A program made the position numbers and the translations under genes. The notes under the pieces were generated by a model. The model was not told the DNA's origin, made no database searches, and saw only the letters and a program-made list of their open reading frames with translations. Below are positions 37,639 through 46,786 of a stretch of 64,000 bases of DNA, one piece after another (the stretch's first letter is position 1; each line of letters starts with the position of its first letter). Source of the DNA: Candidatus Magasanikiibacteriota bacterium (GTDB lineage: Bacteria > Patescibacteriota > Patescibacteriia > Magasanikbacterales > UBA922); NCBI GenBank assembly GCA_018650085.1, contig JABIGQ010000038.1, positions 4,388 to 68,387 of the forward strand. Reading direction: 5' to 3'.

Positions 37639-38373
37639 ATGTATTGTCTAGGTATCCGCATTAATTCATATAAAAAAGAAACGGTTATAGAACATATCCG
37701 TGGATTATTGCGTGATAATGAACAACATACCATTTTTACCCCAAATCCAGAAATGCTCGTAGACGCAAAAAAAGATGCTTATTTTACAGAAGTATTAAAC
37801 AGTAGTGATTTAAATATTTGTGATGGGTTTGGTATAAGACTTGTAAGTAAATTTCATATAGAAAGAATTACAGGAGTGGATCTTATGCAAGACATTTGCA
37901 ATGTAGCGGCAGAAGAAGGAAAGACAGTATATTTATTAGGATCAGGAGATGAGGATGTATTAAAAAAAGTAAAAGAGAAATTAGAAAAGAAAAAAGTAAA
38001 TATAGCAGGCATGCATGCAGGAGTAAAGATAACGACACGAGATGATGGCAGTATAGATTATGATGAAGAAGAACATGATGCTATGATAGATGATATTATT
38101 GTCTGTGCGCCAGATATATTGTTTGTAGCGTTTGGGCATGGAAAGCAGGAAAAGTGGATTTATGAACAGCTCCCACATCTCCCAAGTGTGAAACTCGCCA
38201 TGGGAGTGGGGGGGACATTTGATTTTATAGCAGGAAAAGCAAAACGAGCCCCTAAACTATTGCGAGTGCTTGGGCTGGAGTGGGCGTGGAGATTACTCTT
38301 GGAGCCTAGCCGTTTTAAAAGAATATGGAAAGCGACCGTTGTATTTTTATTTTTAGTATTAAAAAACAGATAA
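37639..38373 (+). CDS. WecB/TagA/CpsF-family glycosyltransferase (GT26).
   Basis: C-terminal 'GVGGTFDFIAGKAKRAPKLLRVLGLEWAWRLLLEPSRFKR' is the TagA family signature. Confidence 0.7.
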   Translation: MYCLGIRINSYKKETVIEHIRGLLRDNEQHTIFTPNPEMLVDAKKDAYFTEVLNSSDLNICDGFGIRLVSKFHIERITGVDLMQDICNVAAEEGKTVYLLGSGDEDVLKKVKEKLEKKKVNIAGMHAGVKITTRDDGSIDYDEEEHDAMIDDIIVCAPDILFVAFGHGKQEKWIYEQLPHLPSVKLAMGVGGTFDFIAGKAKRAPKLLRVLGLEWAWRLLLEPSRFKRIWKATVVFLFLVLKNR

Positions 38374-38383
38374 TTAACTATAT

Positions 38384-38929
38384 ATGAAACACCTAAAGAC
38401 CATAAAAGAAATAAGTTATTTTATACTAGATATGTTTGTGTTTTATACAGGATTTCATGTAATAAGTAGTTTTTTATCTAGTTATATCATTGATAATTTA
38501 GCTTTATCTCCGGAGGCTTTGTATTTTGGAGAAATGTTATGGACGAGTAGTTTTGTTCTTGTGCCTACAGTATTGTCTATTTATTTTATATTAATAAAGA
38601 AAAAAGTAAATGAAAAATATGTGTCTGTTATTTTTGCTGTATTGGGGAGTACATTGATGCTTGTGTTTTTAGAATTATTGAGAGAAGTTTATATGATTTC
38701 TTCAAATATGAGATCAGATACATGGTTGCATCATGTGAGTAATTTTTTTGAAGTAGGTATTGTATCATTTTTATTTCCAATAATATTTGTTATGATAAGT
38801 GCTAGCCTACTGATTTGGTATACAAAACAATCTAAGAGCATTGCACGATATATAGCAAGAGTAATTATGGGGGCTATATTTCTAAATATGCTGTATATTA
38901 TGAAACAGTTTTTGATGTTATATTTTTAA
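38384..38929 (+). CDS. Hypothetical membrane protein with 4-5 TM helices.
   Basis: ORF with hydrophobic helices. No motif. Confidence 0.4.
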   Translation: MKHLKTIKEISYFILDMFVFYTGFHVISSFLSSYIIDNLALSPEALYFGEMLWTSSFVLVPTVLSIYFILIKKKVNEKYVSVIFAVLGSTLMLVFLELLREVYMISSNMRSDTWLHHVSNFFEVGIVSFLFPIIFVMISASLLIWYTKQSKSIARYIARVIMGAIFLNMLYIMKQFLMLYF

Positions 38930-38941
38930 ACATAGAATAGT

Positions 38942-39670
38942 ATGATAAAAAGCATAAAGAAACTACAGCAAAAAAAGTATAGAAAAGAATACCAGCAATT
39001 TTTTGTAGAAGGGGTAAAGGGAGTGACAGACTTGCTCAATTCTTCATATGAAGCAGCTGCAGTATGTATAGAAAGTGGTAGAGAAAAAGATGAAGACATC
39101 ATAGCGATTATTGATATTGCAAAAGAAAAAAAAGTCCCTGTACAAGTATTGCCGGAAAAAGATATAAAACAAATAAAAAGTACAGATACTTTTCCTGGAG
39201 TGATGGGAATTGCAAATATGAAAGAAAAGCAAGGACTAGGGGAAGGACATGTTATTTGCCTAGATGGTGTCATGGATCCTGGGAATTTAGGGACAATTAT
39301 TCGTACAGCAGATTGGTTTGGTATTACAAATATTGTCTTATCAGAAAATTGTGTTGATCCATATAATCCAAAGGTAGTTAGAAGTACTATGGGGTCACTG
39401 TTTCATGTACAGCTTATACGAGATGATTTGGAAACTCGTATTGGAGAGTTAAAAGAAAAAGGATATAAAACTATTGGGCTTACTCTAGATGGAGAATCGC
39501 TTGATAAACTCCCAGAAGGATTGCTCTGTCTTGTGCTAGGGAGTGAATCACATGGAGTGTCAAAAGAGGTAAAACCACTGCTAGATGCAAGCTACACAAT
39601 ACCAGGAAAAGGGGAAGCGGAATCGCTCAATGTGGCGGTTGCTGGGGGAATTGTTATGTCAAAATTATGA
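38942..39670 (+). CDS. SpoU/TrmH-family RNA 2'-O-methyltransferase (RlmB-like).
   Basis: 'LDGVMDPGNLGTIIRTADWFG', 'CLVLGSESHGVS', 'SLNVAVAGGIVM' are SPOUT motifs I-III. Confidence 0.75.
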   Translation: MIKSIKKLQQKKYRKEYQQFFVEGVKGVTDLLNSSYEAAAVCIESGREKDEDIIAIIDIAKEKKVPVQVLPEKDIKQIKSTDTFPGVMGIANMKEKQGLGEGHVICLDGVMDPGNLGTIIRTADWFGITNIVLSENCVDPYNPKVVRSTMGSLFHVQLIRDDLETRIGELKEKGYKTIGLTLDGESLDKLPEGLLCLVLGSESHGVSKEVKPLLDASYTIPGKGEAESLNVAVAGGIVMSKL

Positions 39671-39721
39671 ATGATAAATGATGAATGATAAATTAATTTG
39701 TAATTAAGTTTTTTTGTATAT

Positions 39722-40084
39722 ATGGGGGATAATATAATAAAAACAAAGTCATTTTCTTTTGCAATTAGAATAATAAAGCTTTCCCAATTTTTGAAGGAAG
39801 AACGAGAATATGTATTGTCAAAACAGATTTTACGTAGTGGTACTGCAGTAGGTGCTTTGATAAGAGAATCTGAACATGCAGAAAGTACCTTAGATTTCAT
39901 TCACAAATTTGCAATTGCCCAAAAAGAAGCAAATGAAACAATGTATTGGTTAGAATTATTATGTGAGTCAGATTATATAAATAAAAATCAATTTGAATCT
40001 TTGGAAAAAGATTTAGTAGAAATTAGAAAAATAATAGCATCAATAATTATTTCATCAAAACAAAAAATTAAAAAAAAGGTATGA
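39722..40084 (+). CDS. Four-helix-bundle protein (the family often encoded in 23S rRNA intervening sequences).
   Basis: 'SFAIRIIKLSQFL...EREYVLSKQILRSGTAVGALIRESEHAES..DFIHKFAIAQKEANETMYWLELL' matches the family pattern. Confidence 0.55.
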   Translation: MGDNIIKTKSFSFAIRIIKLSQFLKEEREYVLSKQILRSGTAVGALIRESEHAESTLDFIHKFAIAQKEANETMYWLELLCESDYINKNQFESLEKDLVEIRKIIASIIISSKQKIKKKV

Positions 40085-40132
40085 GTTATAAAAATTCATA
40101 ATTAATAACTCATAATTTATAATTAAATACGT

Positions 40133-41764
40133 ATGATCAAAACAAGATTTGCACCATCACCAACAGGATTTTTACATGTAGGGAGTTTACGTACAGCACT
40201 TTATGCGTATTTGTATGCAAAAAAACACAATGGAAGCTTTATTTTGCGAGTAGAAGATACAGATAGAGCGAGACTAGTAGAAGGAAGTGTAGAAGCTATG
40301 GTTCGCTCACTTGCTTGGGGTGGAATTGATATTGATGAAGGTGTGAAATTTGATGATGCTGGAGATATTACACAAGTGGGGGAGAATGGGCCATATATTC
40401 AGTCAGAAAGGCTAGATATTTATAAAAAGTACATGGATGAACTCTTGGAAAAAGAACATGCATATCATTGTTTTTGTACAAGAGAGCGATTGGATGATTT
40501 GCGAAAAATGCAAGAGACAAATAAAATGCCTACAGGGTATGATGGACATTGCAGAGAAATGAGCAAAGAAGAAGTTCAAGTAAAGATTGATGCAGGGGAG
40601 AAATATGTTATTCGCCTAAAGATGCCAAAGGAAGGGGTAACGAGTTTTGATGATTTAGTTCGTGGAAAAGTTGAATTTAAAAATGAATTGGTGGATGATC
40701 AAGTACTTATGAAGTCAGATGGTTTCCCTACGTATCATTTTGCAGTAGTGGTGGATGATCACCTTATGGAAATTACGCATGTTATCCGTGGCGAGGAATG
40801 GATTTCTTCTACTCCTAAGCATATTATGCTTTATGAAATGTTTGGTTGGGATAAACCACAATTTGCACATCTTTCTCTTCTCGTAAATGAGAAAAAAGCA
40901 AAATTATCTAAACGTCATGGAGATGTAGCGGTAGAGGATTTCAAAGAAAAAGGATATTTGCCAGAAGCTCTTATAAATTTTATTTCTTTTCTTGGTTGGA
41001 ATCCCGGTGACGAGAGAGAGATATTTAGTTTGAAAGAATTAGAAAAAGAATTTGATTTTGATAAAGTTGCAAAGTCTGCGGCAGTGTTTAATCGTGAGAA
41101 ATTGGCTTGGTATAATAATGAATGGATGAGAAAGTTAGATAAAGATGAGCTTGCAAAAAAATATAGAGATTATCTTGTCAAACCACGAAAAGATATACAT
41201 ATTAATGAATTAACAGATGAAGAGAGTCAAGATCAATATGCTACAGAAGGAAACTCAATATATTATACTTGGTCTGATAAAGAAAATGCTTTACAAGTTA
41301 CTGAAAGTATAGAATCTGAAAATAATAGAAAAATAACAGAAAGTAAATATATAAATTTAGATAAACTTAAAAAGATTTTAGAAATGGGAATGGATAGGGA
41401 TACTTATTTTATGGCTATTGAAATGAATAGTAGATATTTATTTACTACTCAATTAAAATATGAGCCAGAGCTTCTGGTGTGGAAAAAAAGTACTCGGGAA
41501 GGTTCAAAGGAAAAATTAGAATTATTACATGCATTTTTGTCAAATATTTCTGAGGATGATTGGAATGAAAAGTATTTGGAAGAAAATCTCATCGCTTGGA
41601 TAAAGGAAAATGAATATGGTGTGGGAGATGTGCTTTGGCCAATGCGGACTGCTTTGTCTGGACGGAAGAATTCTCCGGGGCCGTTTGAGATTGCGGGGGT
41701 GCTTGGGAAGGGTGTTGTGCTTGAGAGGGTGTTGAGGGGGAGTGATAACATTAAAATAATTTGA
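40133..41764 (+). CDS. gltX: Glutamyl-tRNA synthetase, with an extended C-terminal region.
   Basis: HIGH motif 'PSPTGFLHVGSLRTALYAY', 'RVEDTDRAR', KMSKS motif 'KLSKRHG'. 543 aa. Confidence 0.9.
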   Translation: MIKTRFAPSPTGFLHVGSLRTALYAYLYAKKHNGSFILRVEDTDRARLVEGSVEAMVRSLAWGGIDIDEGVKFDDAGDITQVGENGPYIQSERLDIYKKYMDELLEKEHAYHCFCTRERLDDLRKMQETNKMPTGYDGHCREMSKEEVQVKIDAGEKYVIRLKMPKEGVTSFDDLVRGKVEFKNELVDDQVLMKSDGFPTYHFAVVVDDHLMEITHVIRGEEWISSTPKHIMLYEMFGWDKPQFAHLSLLVNEKKAKLSKRHGDVAVEDFKEKGYLPEALINFISFLGWNPGDEREIFSLKELEKEFDFDKVAKSAAVFNREKLAWYNNEWMRKLDKDELAKKYRDYLVKPRKDIHINELTDEESQDQYATEGNSIYYTWSDKENALQVTESIESENNRKITESKYINLDKLKKILEMGMDRDTYFMAIEMNSRYLFTTQLKYEPELLVWKKSTREGSKEKLELLHAFLSNISEDDWNEKYLEENLIAWIKENEYGVGDVLWPMRTALSGRKNSPGPFEIAGVLGKGVVLERVLRGSDNIKII

Positions 41765-41765
41765 T

Positions 41766-42080
41766 ATGAAATTTATAAAAAGTATTTTAGGATATTTTAT
41801 TGAAATTATACTAGCTATAATAATTTTATATGTCATTAAAGACATTAATTTATTTTTATTATATGCTTTTATCATTTATTTAATTAGTTCAGAAAAAAGA
41901 ATTGATTATATTAGAAAGTTAATTCGTGTATATCAGGTGGGAAATGAAGTAAAATTATTATCTATTATAAAAAAGTTAAAAATAACAGATGAAGAAATAG
42001 AAAATATTTTTGAAAATACTGTAACTGAAGAAGAAAAAAATAATTTAGATAAGGAGTTTAATGATTTGAAAAAGGAATAA
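41766..42080 (+). CDS. Small membrane protein, hypothetical.
   Basis: ORF with an N-terminal TM pair and a charged C-terminus. Confidence 0.35.
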   Translation: MKFIKSILGYFIEIILAIIILYVIKDINLFLLYAFIIYLISSEKRIDYIRKLIRVYQVGNEVKLLSIIKKLKITDEEIENIFENTVTEEEKNNLDKEFNDLKKE

Positions 42081-42096
42081 GATTTTTTTGGTTATT

Positions 42097-42123
42097 GTAG
42101 AGACGCAGCAATGCTGCGTCTAC
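42097..42123. repeat. GC-rich palindromic hairpin GTAGAGACGCAGCA-A-TGCTGCGTCTAC, REP/IS200-end-like.
   Basis: Near-perfect 13-bp stem, 66 bp upstream of the HUH transposase ATG. A second copy lies inside the gene at 42588-42610. Confidence 0.55.
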
Positions 42124-42191
42124 ATCAACAAACAATTCTATGTATAAACAAATAATATCATCTTTATCTAACCCATAAATCACAAAACCCC

Positions 42192-42866
42192 ATGCAACCC
42201 ACCACCCAAAACTTCCTATATAAAAACAAATACAAAACAAACACAATTCGCCTAAAAAATTGGGATTATTCAAAAGACGCATTTTATTTTATAACCATAT
42301 GTACAAAAAATAAACAAAATTTATTTGGAAAAATTGAAAATGATGAAATGGTTTTAAATTCATTTGGGGAAATAATAAAAAAATATTGGTTTGAAATCCC
42401 AAAACATTTTGAAAACGTACGATTGGATGAATTTATTGTCATGCCAAATCATGTACATGGAATTTTGATAATTGATGATGGAAATGGTGGTGGAAATGGT
42501 GGTGGAAATGGTGGTGGAAATGGTGGTGGAAATGGTGGTGGAAATGGTGGTGGAAATGGTGGTGGAACAAAGAACAATGCAAAGATGGAGACGCAGCAGT
42601 GCTGCGTCTCTACAAACAAAATAGACGAAAAGATTCAAAAATCAAATACATTTTATAAATTGAAATCTGGTTCATTACCTGTTATAATTCGTTCATATAA
42701 ATCAATTTGTACAAAAACAATAAATAAATTTCAAGATAATATTCGTTTTGCCTGGCAACCAAGATTTTATGAAAGAATCATTAGAAATCAAAAAGAATTT
42801 TTTAATATAAAATATTATATAATTAATAATCCCGCTAATTGGAGGGATGATAAAAATTTTAAATAA
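42192..42866 (+). CDS. IS200/RAYT-family HUH (Y1) tyrosine transposase, with an in-frame ~60-aa insertion.
   Basis: 'FYFITICTKN', HUH motif 'VMPNHVHGILII', 'SLPVIIRSYKSICTKTINK', catalytic-Tyr region 'FAWQPRFYERIIRNQKEFFNIKYYIINNPANW'. Between the HUH motif and the 'IIRSYKS' helix lie (GNGG)x7 and a hairpin-encoded segment. Confidence 0.6.
   Translation: MQPTTQNFLYKNKYKTNTIRLKNWDYSKDAFYFITICTKNKQNLFGKIENDEMVLNSFGEIIKKYWFEIPKHFENVRLDEFIVMPNHVHGILIIDDGNGGGNGGGNGGGNGGGNGGGNGGGNGGGTKNNAKMETQQCCVSTNKIDEKIQKSNTFYKLKSGSLPVIIRSYKSICTKTINKFQDNIRFAWQPRFYERIIRNQKEFFNIKYYIINNPANWRDDKNFK
42481..42564 (+). repeat. Perfect tandem repeat (GAAATGGTGGTG)x7 inside the transposase ORF.
   Basis: Seven identical 12-bp units encoding GNGG repeats. 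In-frame. Confidence 0.9.
42588..42610. repeat. Second copy of the palindromic hairpin GAGACGCAGCA-G-TGCTGCGTCTC, inside the transposase ORF.
   Basis: Perfect 11-bp stem immediately after the tandem repeat. Confidence 0.55.
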
Positions 42867-42874
42867 AAAACAAT

Positions 42875-43567
42875 ATGAAACTCAAACAAATAAAATCGAC
42901 ATACTTCAAAGAAAACCAAAAGTATGATTTTCTTTTTCCTATTGGTTCTACTGAACAACATGGAGCATTTATTCCATTTGGGACAGATACATATATTACA
43001 GATTATTTAGTTGATAAAATTTCTAAAGAATTTCCAGAATTAATTGTTTTACCAACTTTAGAAGTTTCAAGATCAGAAGAACATAGAGGTTTTTATGGTA
43101 GTCTTTGGATAACAGAAGAAACATTAAAAGCTGTAATGTTTGATATTTGTAATTCACTTAAAGATAGGGCAAGAAATATCTTTATTACATCTTTTCATGC
43201 CAATGGTTCATATATTGAAAGTTTTATTAAAGAAAATAATTTTGATGGTGTAAATATTGTTCATCTTGAAATAGAACATGAAGAAGATGATAAGGTAATA
43301 GAGCAAATTCTTGGAGGAGAAATGGATAATCATGCTGGAAATTCAGAAATATCAAATATGCTCGTAATTGATGAAAAATTAGTAAAAGTTCCTTCCGAGA
43401 ACGAGCCTAAAACACAAGTAGACAATCCTTTTGAAACAGATAAATTGATAGAGAAGTGTCCAAACGGAATAGCAGATAATCATCCAAAATGGATAGTAGA
43501 TAAAGAAATTGGGAAGAAAATTCTTGATATTTATGTTGCTAGGATGATTGAGAATTTGAATATATGA
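42875..43567 (+). CDS. Creatininase-family amidohydrolase.
   Basis: 'FLFPIGSTEQHGAFIPFGTDTYI' matches the creatininase-fold metal-binding signature (GSxEQHG...D). Confidence 0.65.
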   Translation: MKLKQIKSTYFKENQKYDFLFPIGSTEQHGAFIPFGTDTYITDYLVDKISKEFPELIVLPTLEVSRSEEHRGFYGSLWITEETLKAVMFDICNSLKDRARNIFITSFHANGSYIESFIKENNFDGVNIVHLEIEHEEDDKVIEQILGGEMDNHAGNSEISNMLVIDEKLVKVPSENEPKTQVDNPFETDKLIEKCPNGIADNHPKWIVDKEIGKKILDIYVARMIENLNI

Positions 43568-43860
43568 CAAACCTACAAAAAATCCAAAAACAAATATACC
43601 AAAATAAAATAGATAAAGGATTTAATATAACAGATATTCCTTTACAATTTTGTCTTACACAAGGGGAACTTGCAGAGGCTTTTGAAGCATATAGAAAAAA
43701 ACTTCCAAGTGTAGGTGAAGAATTGTCAGATGTTGCAATATATTTGTTTGGATTAGCTGAAATTCTAGGAGTAGATTTGGAGGAAGAGATTTTGAAGAAG
43801 ATGGAAAAGAATTCGAAGAGAGTATATGAAAAGGTGGATGGGGTATTGAAAAGAGTATAA
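43564..43860 (+). CDS. MazG-like nucleotide pyrophosphohydrolase (small all-alpha NTP-PPase).
   Basis: 'GELAEAFEAYRK...GEELSDVAIYLFGLAEILGVDLEEEI' has the EExxE/D metal-binding helices of MazG-type NTP-PPases. Confidence 0.6.
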   Translation: MTNLQKIQKQIYQNKIDKGFNITDIPLQFCLTQGELAEAFEAYRKKLPSVGEELSDVAIYLFGLAEILGVDLEEEILKKMEKNSKRVYEKVDGVLKRV

Positions 43861-43906
43861 TAATTAAAAAACTGTTACCAGTGGTTGCATAAATAAACAA
43901 AAACAT

Positions 43907-44923
43907 ATGACAAAAACCCTTCAACAATTTTCAAATTTCGTTATATTCAAAACATCTACAGGGAAAATAAATATAGATGTATTTTTTCAGGATGACACAC
44001 TTTGGCTCACACAAAAGAAGATTGCAGAGCTTTTTGAAACCACAACTCAAAATATAACATTGCATTTGAAAAATATATTTCAAGAAGGAGAACTTATTAA
44101 AGATTTAACTTGTAAGGAATTCTTACAAGTTCAAAAAGAAGGTAATAGAGAAGTAAAAAGAAAATATAAATACTATAACCTAAAAGCAATCACAGCTGTA
44201 GGATATCGTGTAAATTCTACTCGAGCAACAGAATTTAGAAAATGGGCAAGTGAGATTTTAAATGAGTATATTGTAAAAGGATATGCCATGGATGATGAAC
44301 GCCTTAAAAATATAGAAAATTTTGGTATTGATTATTTTGACGCCATGCTTGAGAGGATTCGAGAAATTCGCATGAGTGAACGGCGTTTGTATCAAAAAAT
44401 TACCGATATTTATGCTCTTTCAGCAGATTATAGTACACAATCAGATATTACAAAACATTTTTTTGCTACTGTACAAAATAAATTGCATTGGGCTATTACA
44501 GGAAAAACAGCAGCAGAAATTATTTATAATGAAGTTGATGCAAAAAAGATTTATATGGGTTTAAAGACATGGAAGAACGCTCCAGATGGTAAAATTTTGA
44601 AAAGTGATGTAACTATTGCAAAAAATTATTTGAATGAAAAACATATTGACGCACTTAATCGTATTGTAAATAGTTATCTTGATATTGCAGAAAATAAAGC
44701 TCGAAATGGTAAGGTTATGAATATGACAGATTGGGATATTTATTTAGAACAATTTTTGGAACTTTCTAATTATCCACTTTTGAAAGATGCTGGAAAAATA
44801 TCTATGTTTGAAGCAAAGTTAAAAGCAGAGTCAGAATATGACGTTTTTCGTGTTGAACAAGACAAAAATTACATTTCAGATTTTGACAAAGAAGTACAAA
44901 AGATGCTTGATGTAAAAGAATAA
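43907..44923 (+). CDS. RhuM-family protein (Virulence_RhuM).
   Basis: 'YYNLKAITAVGYRVNSTRATEFRKWASEILNEYIVKGYAMDDERLKN' closely matches the conserved RhuM core. Recalled from memory, not searched. Confidence 0.55.
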   Translation: MTKTLQQFSNFVIFKTSTGKINIDVFFQDDTLWLTQKKIAELFETTTQNITLHLKNIFQEGELIKDLTCKEFLQVQKEGNREVKRKYKYYNLKAITAVGYRVNSTRATEFRKWASEILNEYIVKGYAMDDERLKNIENFGIDYFDAMLERIREIRMSERRLYQKITDIYALSADYSTQSDITKHFFATVQNKLHWAITGKTAAEIIYNEVDAKKIYMGLKTWKNAPDGKILKSDVTIAKNYLNEKHIDALNRIVNSYLDIAENKARNGKVMNMTDWDIYLEQFLELSNYPLLKDAGKISMFEAKLKAESEYDVFRVEQDKNYISDFDKEVQKMLDVKE

Positions 44924-44944
44924 TATATTAATAGAATAAACCAT

Positions 44945-45490
44945 ATGAAAAAAACATTCACCACAACTCTCTTAATAGCACTTTGTTTTATTACAATAGG
45001 ATGTACAAAAACTGATGTAAAAAATAATACAGAACAAGAAGAAACCGATACAATAGAGATTATCGATGAGGTGGAAGATATGGATGTGAAAGAAACTGAA
45101 ATAAATATAGAAAAAGTAGTATATGATTGGGAAGGAGATTTAGAAGATGTAACAAAAGGAAAAACAATACTTGGAGTAAACACGGAAGGAACCTCATCTG
45201 GATTTGCTCAAGCAGTATTTAATAATACATATACATTGCAAGCGGTATTTGAAGGATTACCAGATCCAGAAGGAACAGATTTTTATGAAGGATGGATTGT
45301 GCGGAGAGAAGGGAGTTTTAATGTTATTAGTACAGGAAAAGCAAGCAAAATTGATGGGGTGTATAAAAATGTCTATGAATCTGAGAAAGATCTAAGCGAT
45401 CATACATTTTATGTGCTTACTATTGAACCAGATGATGGAGATCCCGCACCTGCAGAGCATATATTAGAAGGAGTATTGATGAGAAATTAA
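44945..45490 (+). CDS. Lipoprotein, paralog set A.
   Basis: Signal peptide 'MKKTFTTTLLIALCFITIGC' with lipobox ITIGC. Acidic mature domain. Confidence 0.6.
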   Translation: MKKTFTTTLLIALCFITIGCTKTDVKNNTEQEETDTIEIIDEVEDMDVKETEINIEKVVYDWEGDLEDVTKGKTILGVNTEGTSSGFAQAVFNNTYTLQAVFEGLPDPEGTDFYEGWIVRREGSFNVISTGKASKIDGVYKNVYESEKDLSDHTFYVLTIEPDDGDPAPAEHILEGVLMRN

Positions 45491-45491
45491 T

Positions 45492-46160
45492 TTGTTTAAA
45501 AATATGTCACAAAAAAACACACAAGAATACTGGGACACTGTGTATAAAAAAGTAGACACCGTACTTGGGCCAACATTATTTGTAAAAAAAGTGAGTACAT
45601 ATTTCAGTCCACCAAAACATATTTTGGATGTGTGTTGTGGAGATGGAAAAGATTCTCTTTATTTTGCTACACTTGGATATACTGTTACTGCGACAGACAT
45701 TTCTGCTGTGGCACTTTTTGATAATTTACAAAAAAACAATTTAGATATAGAACGTATACAAAGTGATGTTCGTGAACTTGTTCTTGATGCAAATATATAT
45801 GATGTTGTATACTCTTGTTTAGGATTACATTATTTTTCATGGGAGGAAACAAAAAAGATTTTTGCAAACCTTGTACAATCGCTTAAACTAGATGGATATA
45901 TTTGTGTCAGAGTCAAATCTATATATGATGCTGATTATGGAAAAGGAGAAAAACAAGAGGGTAATTTGTTTATTTCAAACAGAAAACAAAGATATTTTTT
46001 TTCTAAAGAAGAAATGGAGAAGTTATTTTTTGAAAATAATATAGAAATAATATGTTCGGAATATGTAGAAGATGTCTTGAAACGATTTGATAAAACAGAA
46101 TATACTGCAAATTTTGTAGATATTATAGGAAAAAAATTAATGAATAATACATTATATTAA
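45492..46160 (+). CDS. Class I SAM-dependent methyltransferase.
   Basis: Motif I 'ILDVCCGDGKDSLYFATLGYTVTATDIS'. Motif II 'YDVVYSCLGLHYF'. Confidence 0.7.
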   Translation: MFKNMSQKNTQEYWDTVYKKVDTVLGPTLFVKKVSTYFSPPKHILDVCCGDGKDSLYFATLGYTVTATDISAVALFDNLQKNNLDIERIQSDVRELVLDANIYDVVYSCLGLHYFSWEETKKIFANLVQSLKLDGYICVRVKSIYDADYGKGEKQEGNLFISNRKQRYFFSKEEMEKLFFENNIEIICSEYVEDVLKRFDKTEYTANFVDIIGKKLMNNTLY

Positions 46161-46173
46161 TATAAAAGAACAT

Positions 46174-46746
46174 ATGAAAAAAACACTTACAACAACTCTT
46201 CTCATCGCACTTTGTTTCATTACCATAGGATGTACAAAAACAGATGTAGAAAATGACTTAGAAAAAGAACGAGGAAATCAAGAACTTTTGACCCAAGAAG
46301 AATTTGATGCGCTTCGAGCAGATGGAGATATTGAATTTGAAGAAGATTATATTCGAGAACTTGATGATGCAACAGAAGAAAGACGTGTAAATGATGCTTT
46401 AGAACTTATTGATGATATAGAAGGATCAAAAGCAGATAAACTTGCTGGAAAAGGCGCTGTAGGAAGTTGTGAGGCTATTGCAGAAAGTTCAACATGTGTT
46501 GAATATCATGGTTCATTTTGGACAAAAGAATCAGCACGATTGAATTGTAGCGATACAGGCAAGTTTTCTACAGAATCATGTCCTACTGATCATGCAGGTG
46601 GATGTAATACTGGTGTGGGAACTATGGCAGATATGGTTTCTTGGATGTATCTTCGTGGTGATGGAGGCATAACAGCAGAATCACTGAAATATGCAAAAAT
46701 GGTTTGTGATGCAACTATGGCGTCACAGTGGATTGTGAGTAAATAA
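46174..46746 (+). CDS. Cys-rich lipoprotein, paralog set A.
   Basis: Signal peptide 'MKKTLTTTLLIALCFITIGC', near-identical to that of 44945. The mature domain carries 8 Cys. Confidence 0.6.
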   Translation: MKKTLTTTLLIALCFITIGCTKTDVENDLEKERGNQELLTQEEFDALRADGDIEFEEDYIRELDDATEERRVNDALELIDDIEGSKADKLAGKGAVGSCEAIAESSTCVEYHGSFWTKESARLNCSDTGKFSTESCPTDHAGGCNTGVGTMADMVSWMYLRGDGGITAESLKYAKMVCDATMASQWIVSK

Positions 46747-46786
46747 AAAAAAGCACGGTATTTGTAGATGCTTTTTTTATCCTCTG

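Noticed and set aside
40133-41764. A possible large insertion in GltX, which is 543 aa against the ~480 aa I expect.
   Set aside because: The extra length is in the poorly conserved C-terminal anticodon-binding region, where lineage-specific extensions are common. It cannot be distinguished from normal divergence without an alignment.
42481-42564. Possibility that the 12-bp x7 tandem array is a CRISPR array.
   Set aside because: The units are identical and contiguous with no spacers, and the unit length is 12 bp. It is a coding minisatellite, not a CRISPR.
42360-42638. 92-aa - strand ORF with a 'TTISTTIS' repeat.
   Set aside because: It is the antisense reading of the (GAAATGGTGGTG)x7 tandem repeat inside the transposase gene. 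It is an artefact of the repeat.
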